Assembly: GCA_015680685.1 (NCBI GenBank)
Contig: MNCI01000542.1
Coordinates: 747,889-811,888 of the forward strand
Length of the DNA stretch: 64,000 bases
Direction of reading: 5' to 3'
Source of the DNA: Gnetum montanum
Lineage: Eukaryota; Plantae; Gnetophyta
In this document: positions 54,080 through 64,000 of the stretch, piece by piece
Position numbering within the stretch: the stretch's first letter is position 1
Layout: the number at the start of each line of letters is the position of its first letter
The notes under the pieces: model-generated
What the model was told of the DNA's origin: nothing
The model's database searches: none
The model's input: the letters and a program-made list of their open reading frames with translations, nothing else
Made by a program: the position numbers and the translations under genes

Positions 54080-55250
54080 CTACCTAAAGAAAGAACGCTT
54101 TTGAAATTGTGGAGGGTTCCCACTATTGTTGACAGTAGTAGCACAAGTAACGCTTGTGGGTTGATGTTGTGGTGAAAAACCTTCTAGCACAACTGGTGGT
54201 GGTGTAGAAGGAGGGGAATGATGAGAATATTGAGGGTGAGGAGAAGTGTAAAAAGCATGAGGTGGTGATCTTGTTGAAGAGGACATGGGTTGATAGTACT
54301 CAGGAGAATGATAACGATGTGGTGAAATAGAGGATGTTAACCCAGTTGGGGAAATAAGATGCTAAACATAATAAGCGCTTGGGTTCAGATGGTAGGAAGG
54401 GTGTGACTAGTTTGACGATGGCCTCCCCTATGACTAGGGTTTTTGCCATTGCAGTTGAACTTGATATTTCTGCATGAAATCATGATGTAACATTCCTTTC
54501 CAATGCTCATGTAAATGTGACAAGATTGGACATTGACCTTTGGGTGATCGTACAGGCAAATATTACATTGATACGTATGATTGGCAGTTGAGTTCTTATC
54601 CTTATTCTCTTCAACCCTTCTTTTCAATTTTCTAAGGTTGTTCTGTCCTACTTCTTAGTTTATCATGGTTCTTTCTCTAATAATGTTGGCATATTCTCCA
54701 CATCCTTCATGTACCCAGTCCATCATCTTAGTGATCTTTGCCTCAATTTCATCTAGTGATTGTAGTATTGGCAAAGATGATTCTCCTCTTCATGATCATG
54801 GACCTTTGCTAATTCAGGGTTTTGGCCCCATTGAGAGCTTTCAACATTCTCCCACTTAGCCATTTCTCCTTCTTCTTTTGCTACTCAGTTAATAAGCTTT
54901 TGGAATTGGTGGGTTTGTAGCTTGTATAGTTGACCTCGGGCATACATCCCTAGGGTCTCCCTTGTTTCGTTACGTAGTCCATCTATGATGTGACACATTA
55001 GCCTTTCCTTGTAGAACCCATGGCTTGGGCAATTGTTTAACAATGAATAGTATCTTTCTAAGGCCATGTCCAAGGGTTCATGTTGCTCTTGTTTCCACTC
55101 TTGGATTTGTCTCCTCAAGGTCAACACTCTTGCATAACTTTGATATCTTTCATTGAAGAGTTCTACCATTGTCAACCAACATTGAATTGATTGTGGTCTT
55201 AAGGACCTATACCATATTTTTGCTTGGCCAACGAGTGTTGTAGGAAAGAG
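54080..55250 (-). pseudogene. Gag remnant of the host Athila-like element
   Basis: MVELFNERYQ...RQIQEWKQ...HIIDGLRNETRETLG aligns with the nested element gag. Also CNICLYDHPK and QKRSFFR. Confidence 0.88.
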
Positions 55251-58200
55251 CTTAANTTTGAATAGCCTCTTGTATATGCATTAGGCTCTTAGTGGCTAGC
55301 AGAGGTTCATCATCACTAGGTAGCTTATGAATTTGTGAGTTGGAACAATGTTTTCTTTTTTCATGTTGGCATTTCTAACTTTGCCCATAGAATCAATTTT
55401 TATTTCTACGTTGACCCCTTGAAAGACAGTCATTCATGTCACGACCTGACATTGAAGGGGTAGAGGAAGAGAAAGAACTGGAAGACTTATCATGACTTTT
55501 GTAAGTCTCCCAATCATCCCTGGATAGATTCTTGTTAACTAGTGAGAAGGTCCTAGACCTTACAGGCCCCCTCGTTCCATGGGTTGTCCCATCCTTACCA
55601 GAGGTGCTAGAGTTGGATGACAAGAGTCCATGAATATCGTCAGGGTGCTCATGATCATAGGAGACCCCTACCTAGGATTGATTACTCCTAACTTCATCTT
55701 TGTCATCATATATTTTGTTGGTTCTCCAATGAATTGCCTCACTAGTTGTTGCATTGTCATAGTCTTGTGAGAGAGACATTGTTGTGAACTTATGTATGAC
55801 TTGTTTGCAATTACTTCTTTCTAAAAGATATATCGTGAAAACTTTATTACAGCGATCTTGGATTATATAACTAATATAAATAACTAGCACCATCCCCAAC
55901 AACGGTGCCAATGATGAGTGGCAAGGTACCCCTACACTCTACCATACGAATACGAGTGTGTACGCACGATTCAGTCGAACTTCATAGAGGGACCAGTAGT
56001 GGTATCTAGATAGTTACATGTTAATCAAAGTTCACTGTCTCCCCACCTAGACTATTATTGCTTTGTCACATATGGTTTAGCCCAGAGTGAGGTGTATGAT
56101 GTGGTTCTAAACTAGTGCTACTCCTAGAGGCAATGGAAAATAACTTTGATTAAGCTAAGAGAGAATGGAAGAAGAAAATATAAGCTTGCCTAAGTGCGAT
56201 GAGCATCTGTCCTTAATCATCCGTACACATCTTGGACCTCATGTACTACCTCTGGGATTACCAAGCATATATTACTTGAGCGCTCCTAGTTACACTTAAA
56301 TGCTCGTGATTAAGTTGTACTCATTCCGTGTTTAACAATAGGAATAGTAAATGATGGTAAGGAAATATTAACTAAGAAAACAATAAATAAAAATAATAAT
56401 TAACAATAACAATTAAACAATTAAAACTGAGTAAATGCAACAATGATGGAGTAATCTTGATCTTTATTGCTGATCATGTGTGTGTCGAAGTACGTCACAC
56501 TTGAATAAAGGTTTAGTACAATTACAAGCATCACACTACGGGCATGCACTTGGGAAAATAGTCTAACTCCTATGGAAACAAGCTGCAAGAGGCGCTACAA
56601 CTTGAACATAATAATTCTAAATGTGGTGGATGCATGCATATTTATAGCAAAGAATGAACTCTGCGTTGATGAGGCCATGTTAACACATGGAAAGATGCGT
56701 CAATGGGGTCCCATTGACACAGCCGCATTGATGGGGCTTCGTCGACGTGGCCCAGTTAACGTTGTTTACTGGATGCTTCATCAAAAGGCAATATGACATT
56801 AAATATGATTTTTAAATATTAAATTAAAATTTCTTGCATCAAATAGTTTTCATATAAGTGAGCATAAAATTCTTGGAATAAGGAATCAAGATAGAGAGCA
56901 TGATGAGTAGCTTGCTATCCTAGGAAAGATACTATAAGGAATACTACATCTTTTGTTCCTTGGATAATCATTTGTAAAGGGGGACAACTTCAGAAATGGT
57001 TAAGAAAACATGATGTGAAGTGAGATCTTGATTCTAATGATGAGGAGATTAAAATGAAGTGGTTGTTCGTCCAACATTTGTATGTAGCATCAGAGATTAA
57101 TACTGAAGAAGAATTCCAACAAGCTTTGGAGGAAGAAAGACAATTTGTAGATGTAACTCCCCAAGTGCAAGATCATGAAGAACATGGTTTTGAAATCCCG
57201 AACTGTCATCTCTTATCAATAAGTCATTTTCAGAGAACAAAATTGGAGATACTTGGGCTACAGGATGTTGATAGGATGTATGACTGGACATCAGAGTATT
57301 CGAGGATGTTGCAAAGTTCGCTACAAGCTCTATTATCAGCAATAAATCATCTTTGTCCTTTGTCATTGACGATGAGTATAAAACATACGATTCTGATAAG
57401 GTAGGTGCAAAGCAAAAGAACTGCTACAATAAAATTGTAGGGCAAATGATGTTTTCACAATCAATGGATGAAGTTGTTTCCCCTTTTACGAATGATTATC
57501 TAGGAATAGCTCTAGAAATAGGAAAAGAACATGATGGAAATCCCGTCCATGTAAAGGTAATTGTGCTGTACATACAATGAAGGCTATCAACAAACTCCAC
57601 ATGCCACCAGGCCCATCAGGACACCGACATGCTTGCGCCCCGCGCACATTGCTGTCGTGCCCGCCAGCACTCCGCTGTGGTTGCTCCCCGTCCACACCAC
57701 CGTCGTGCCCCCTCCACAGCCACTGTGCCCGCCAAGGTGGCTCCACAGAGCACCAAGTAGTGATGCGGCAGTAAGGGGAATAATAGCAACGGTTCTTCAG
57801 CCATAGAGCAACAGGGGGAGTAATAGCGGCGTTGCACGGTGCAGAGGTGGCTTTTTTCAGTGCTGATGGACAGCAGCGGGACAGCGGATCTGGTAGCACT
57901 GACGAGAATGTGCACAGTGACAGTGGACAAGGCACTGCCTTAGCGTGTGAGTTAGCTCGTCGGAGATGATTCCCTAGACCAGCATCACCTCGCAAAGTTC
58001 CGTCAGGCAGTCCACGATGCCGTTCAGGCAACCGATGTGGCCGTGGAGGTTCAAGATGTGCTACTTTTCCATGGACACTGGGCAAATGAGCCTCACCATG
58101 TCAATCCATGGCCTGCACGGTGGCCTCAGTTTTGATGGTTACGGTCGTACCTCCGGGCTGCCGTGTCTCTGTTGCCAGTGGTTCGTCCTAAAAAAATGGG

Positions 58201-58285
58201 AGGCTGTAAAGATGAAAATTTCTAAGTTCTTTTTCGGCAACCTGCACTCTAGAGCAATGCACAATGCACAGTATACTTTCAAAAA

Positions 58286-58380
58286 TTTCTAACTTCGTTT
58301 TGGGCTCTTTCTAATTTTTTTTCAAACTACCTTTCTAACTTCATTTTGGGCTCTTTCTAAATTTCTTTTCAGACTACCTT
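58286..58380. repeat. Direct tandem duplication (about 46 bp)
   Basis: TTTCTAACTTC(G/A)TTTTGGGCTCTTTCTAA...TTTTCA(A/G)ACTACC occurs twice. Confidence 0.85.
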
Positions 58381-61300
58381 GCTCTCGCTACCCATAATTA
58401 TTACCCTTTATAAACCTCTAATGGTTTGGTTCTCTGCCACAACCCCGTGTAGCTCAACCATCATATGTTGCACAGCTCAACTAGCATTTGCAGCATAGTT
58501 CAGTGGCAGCATTACGCTCAACAATTATTAGTCATGTTCACAACAAACATGGTGAGGTTGGCCGTAAATTATAGATATAAACTTGATTCCACCAAAGGTA
58601 TAATTATACGGTATTCATCCAGTTTTAATTTACTATTTTGCTATAGAATTTTGTTTACTCTGGGTTTGCATGCGCACCTGGAATATTATATTTAATTTTT
58701 GATTATTTGATAGCAACAAATGATGCAAACAGGTACCTGTGCGAAGATGAGAAATTGCCATAATATCTATTTTTTATAATTCAGTAATAATTTGGAGGAA
58801 AAATATCATTCCTGCAAGATTCTATTCACACGAGTGACTAAGCAATGAGACTTAGCTTACTAGCAATCCAACAATTCTAAGAGTTGGCACTAGAATAGGA
58901 GAGCGGTAAAGCCAGCAGATAGTAACTGCAAAGCCAACCGACGGTAGAAGTTTTCCCTGCACGGTAGGAAACAGTAACTCACACAAAGTTTTTACTCTGA
59001 AATGATTGAAATTGAGACGGTATAAATAAACAAAGTTGATGTGAAATGTTGCTCATATTTATTATACTTATAAATAATAATGCACACAGAGACGTGTGGT
59101 AGATAACTTTCTCCCGTGGTCCACTTTACATAACATGTTAATTTATAGTCGACGCTTATAAAGCCTGTGATATAGCTCAGTGGCGTGTAAATTCCAATCC
59201 TTGCAACGACTATTTATCACCACTGGGTCCCACGGCTAATACCGTTGCAAACGTTTTCTGACCGAATCTATTTTAAAATTAGAGTAAAGTCGGAACTCCT
59301 TTTGGGACAGAAGCTTAGACTAAAAATAAAGTGATAATCTAAGACTATAGTAATAATTCGCAACCATTTACAATTTTGCAAAACATAACATTTTTTATAT
59401 TTTGATTATAATGATTTGTTATTTCAGCCCTTTGCCATGGTTAACATTGATCATTCTATAAAATAGAAATCTTGATCATACACCTAAGTTACTATTCTAC
59501 AAATTTGAAGATAAAAAAATTTAAAAATATACATATGCATAATTTGAACCTAGTGACTTTAGGTATAGCACTATTCACCATTGGTTATTAAAATATATTA
59601 ATATGTTTACATTGTTTAAGACATTATAACTTCTATTTTAAGCTTCATGTCTATAATTAATATACATGATTATGTTGCCTATGATTTATAAAATTGGAAA
59701 AATATGCTAAAAGCCCAATGGTTAACATGGGGGTGTCAGGGGTTGGAGATGAGTCTATGTACCAAAGTTATTTGAACTAGACTATGCTTTACATGGGTTA
59801 TTTAAATTACTATTTCACACCATACTTATATATGAATATTATCCAAAGTTCATGGTAACCACTAAAATATTTTACAACTCAAATTCTCAATAACAATGAT
59901 GGTGTATATTTGTGACAACAAACATTAAATGATTTGACTAGGTAGAAAAATAAATCTAAATTTTATTGAAAGATATTATACTTAAGCATCATGTTTAAGG
60001 ATGATGAGGTGGAATATTTGAATTTATGCATTTTTAGAAACATTGATCTTGCTACTATTAGTCTCAATAGGGAAGTCGTAAAACACTCTCTTCAAGATTA
60101 GCTACAACAACCATATGTTGCAACAGATAATGCAATTCATGGAGGTCATGGTAGTGGGTGTGGGTGTGACCAAGGCTAAGGATGACCACAAATTGTAGAA
60201 ACTAGAAATCTAAAATTGATGTGTAGAGGAGAAAAGACGATTTCAAAAACAAGAAGCAAAATGACACAAGTGAGAATGACAATGGATTTTACGAGATTCA
60301 GGAGTACAATAACAAATTTATTTATGCATTTTTTAATATATAAAAACAAATATTTAATGTAGGTAAATCTTATTGTGTTATTTATCTACTTACATTGCAA
60401 ATATTTGTTAAGGTTGCATCAACTTTGAATCCTCTCTCAACACCTAAAAATTCATCCTTGAGAATGATCCACATTATTAATAACAATAATACAAATAATC
60501 AACAAGAAATGCAAGTTATTATTATCTATCCATATTCATGTTAGTATATATTTTTATTGAATATTTTATTCACATTTCCCAACATTTTATAGGACATTAG
60601 AAATGCATCTGCGTCTGTTATTCAAGCAACATATGTGCTAGAAATCACACACATAGAAGAACAATTGTAACAAGTTAAGCAGAGTATAGCAAGAGTGAGC
60701 GCTAAATAAGGCAACGTCAACATGAGGATAATTCATGTCATCAAATGCACAAAGCTACATATGTTGCCAATGTATCAACAATAGAAATGCCTTCTTCAGA
60801 ACTTGTTTAGTCTTTTTCAAACTTACAAAAGACATCTACAAAAATTACTCATGTAATACAAAATTTTAATACTGTAGTTAGAAGTTTTGCAAATGCATGT
60901 TCTTGTAATGTATGTAATGACATGTTGCTTGGCATATTATTGGATTCAACTAGAAGTAGAGGATCCACATGCAATAGGTGGATTAATGAAAAGAAACAAA
61001 ATGTTTTTGATAGTTTTGGTTATGAGATCAAATGATTTTCTATTAGAAATAACATGGATCCTAGAATCCAACCACCTGTCATAGCCTATTTATCTAAGGT
61101 TGAAGAAATGTTAATTACAACAAATCAATCCCATATTGCAAGTTACACATGTAGTTAGTGGATAATTCAAGTATAAGAATTACATAATTAGCTTTTCTTA
61201 GGATGTCACACATATTTCTAAGAGACTTCCTCTTAGAATTAAAGATATCCCTTTCTTGATATTGAAAAGAGAAGATCAAATGGGCACTAAGTATAATTTC

Positions 61301-62244
61301 ATTGTTAGCAAGAGACAGGGTTATGAAGCCTTGTGTTTTAAGAAGGTAAATGATTCGTACTATCATGATGTTGAGATTAATATGCATGCATTAGATGATG
61401 TTGTTAATATTGGTGATGTTAACATCTTCCATAGCATTCCTTATATTCCATTGTCAAAAAAGGATGGAGAAATGATATGCAGCTTGAATGTTCTTTACTT
61501 TAAATAGATGAAGAAAACATTATCGATCATACATCATTAGTTGCACAATATCTTGGAATTGTAAAAAAGGAAATTGAATAGATAAGAGCATGGATGCATA
61601 GTCCATCATTGCAAAATTTAGATGTTTCTCAATGGCCTTCTGTGTTTGATTCCTTAACATGATGGGGTTGTTTATGATGGCATTTCCAAGTCCTTTTCCT
61701 AAAGGAAAATGTGATTTTCTTCAATGAAGAGCTAAATATGTTAAACTACATAAATATGCAAAACATCTTATTTGTTAGAAAGATGGTATTTTTGGATGCC
61801 ACAAGTGTTTTAGGTAAATATTCTTTCTTCATTTGTTTGTTATTTTCATTATTCATAATATTTTTTAAAACATTAAAGTAATGATGTGTGATTTATTTTT
61901 ATGTATTATATCTATAATGTCATTAGAAGGAGACAAGTAATGGAATCTACCTCTATATTGTTTTAAAAAATATTGTTGATGCACCCATAATTGTTGAGGA
62001 ACTATGTGAGCAATTGCATAATACTCCATCACATGTCATTGTTGACAATTTGATGCAATATGGCACCTCCATTCGTAGTACATCATCTTATTTGAGAAAA
62101 TGTAAAGTAAAGCTAACTAACATGGTAACTCAATTGAGAACACCTACTATTTTTTTTTTTTTTTACTTTGAGTGTAGCAGATCTCTATTAGCTTGAGTTG
62201 CATAATTTAATGAAAAGAGATCCACTTGAGAACTCATTAATACT

Positions 62245-64000
62245 TGATGAGCAGTGAGTATACCCTATGCCCAACCATATGAATTACAAGCATTTATGCT
62301 CAATCTGGTCAAATTCTATAGACCTTAAGTTCCTAAGTACACTGGTTCTAGGAGGTGAAACCTAATCATGATTATTTTTATCTTCCAAACTACACTTGTG
62401 AAGCTTAGTTTTATGGTGAAGTGTAATTGGGGCACATGATTTTTGTTATTTTATATTTTATTTGTCTACAATTAATAACAAGTTAAAACTTAATTTATGA
62501 ATCAATTTAACTAATCTGATTACTAATTAATAACTAATTATCCTAACATAAGCATCTGGTCCCACTTTCCATACACATCCTAAATGCATACAACACTGCT
62601 GGGTTATCAAGTATTAAGAGTATTTAGGATTACCAAGTGCTATATGTTATGCTTGAAGTAGGTGTACTTATGTGTTTAATCTATTTAGCTTAATTAATTA
62701 ATTAAAGTCTATTTTATCTTAATTAATTACATAATTAATGAAAATAGTAAATGCAGAAATAAATCATTAATCTATTTTAAGTGCTACAAGGTTTGATCAA
62801 AAGGCTCATCTTTATTATCATTCACACTGTTGTGCTTAGGTACATCAATGCTTGAATAAAGATCTATACACTTTTTGACTCCTGCTACAGGCACTCAGAA
62901 AAATATTTTAACTCTCAAATGAGAAAACTATAGGAGCCTTGCTACAACTATGATAAAACATTCATAAACATGATGGATGAGTGCACATTTATAGACTTTA
63001 TTATGGAGCTACAACAATGGAGCCTCATAAATGCAACAAATGCTACATTAACACAACCCTATCAATGGGGCAACACCATGTTAACGGGGCCATGTCAACT
63101 AGGATCCATCGATGTGACACTTTGATAATTCATCATAGCCCCATGACTGAATGAAAACTCATCACCATTACCCCCATGACATAACAAAACTTAATGCTTA
63201 AGTGTACAGATCGACATCATTACAAAAATTTGTGGTGTTCATGACACAAAATTAGACACCATGACATGACTACTCAAACTGGACAACACATCCTCTGATG
63301 GCATGAAGGTGGTTGAAAAAATCAAATAGTCCTAGGTAGGGGAGGCTCTTGAGGTTCTAAAGGACCTTTGTTAGCTTCAGGCATGCATAGTGGTTGAGGT
63401 AGCTATGGTTGTCCTACTGTAGTTGCTACCTCTAGCAGAAGATAAAAGGCATCTAGTAATGCCTTTACCGTCTCCTCCTTACTTCAGGGATCATTCATCG
63501 TCCACGTGGCATCGTCAATGTGGGAAGGAATGGGGATATCCCATGGACAAGGCATTACTAGGAACAACTCCTTGATGTTGACAAACTAGGTAGTGAATTA
63601 GTTGCGTTTGACATTGAATGCCTTGATTACATTTTGTATCTCATGGTAGTCATTCATTCTTTTGGCCAAGCTTTCAACAGTGGATCTTTGATTAGTATAT
63701 TTGCCTTTGAGAACCTTGAGTTCAGTGTTTGTTTCTATAAGCTTTTGCTTAATGTCCTTGTAGTGCTTGAACTCAGCCTTATATAATAAGTACAAGATGG
63801 TCACCTACTTTTCTAGTTTTGACCATGGCCATTTGATAGTCAACATAGCTAGGTTTTCATATTGTAGATTAGTAAGCTTGATATATTTAGTCATTTTCTG
63901 TATTTGCAACTCCTTTAGGTGAATTTTTGTTTTATTGTACTAATCAATCCCATCAATGATGGGCTACTATAATTTGCATCCTGGTTGGAGTTGTTGGAGG
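62245..64000 (-). mobile_element. Athila-like element 3' end: LTR 62245-63135, PPT, accessory-ORF C-terminus
   Basis: TGATGAG...CATCA termini similar to 55912-56783. PPT-like AGTCATGGGGCTA (minus) at 63136-63148. Coiled-coil ORF 63598-63804. Confidence 0.8.

Larger units (their letters stand above)
43158..56783 (-). mobile_element. Full-length non-autonomous Athila-like LTR retrotransposon (host of a nested insertion)
   Basis: Perfect TSD AAAGG at 43153-43157 and 56784-56788. 5' LTR 55912-56783; 3' LTR 43158-43994 plus 51486-51533. Degenerate tRNA-Asp PBS TGGCACCGTTGTTGGGGA at 55893-55910. PPT GTGGAGGTA at 51534-51542. Gag remnants at 54080-55250. No protease/RT/integrase seen. Confidence 0.93.

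Noticed and set aside
57486-58085. 199-aa minus-strand ORF as a real gene
   Set aside because: Non-ATG start, low-information composition and no motif. Long ORFs arise by chance in GC-rich tracts.

Overview
AT-rich, CpG-depleted plant nuclear DNA, almost entirely decayed retroelements; a large-genome vascular plant is my inference from the element types. One intact host gene is present: a 9-exon cellulose synthase-like gene of CslB/CslH type on the minus strand (13808-17307, about 742 aa). Its catalytic aspartates are intact, but the QxxRW tryptophan is replaced (QQRRT). Around it lie Tat-lineage gypsy remnants (gag at 1-1350, pol at 26.6-29.2 kb), L1-type LINE remnants, and at least five related Athila-like elements. 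Two of these are full-length, have a tRNA-Asp PBS and TSDs, and are nested one inside the other; no RT/integrase is visible in any of the five. The Athila-like group shares a covarying bulged RNA hairpin in the LTR, repeated PPT-like motifs and an acceptor-ATG accessory ORF, and two members carry CGATATCG palindrome arrays. All coordinates and alignments were read by eye; no database searches were run.
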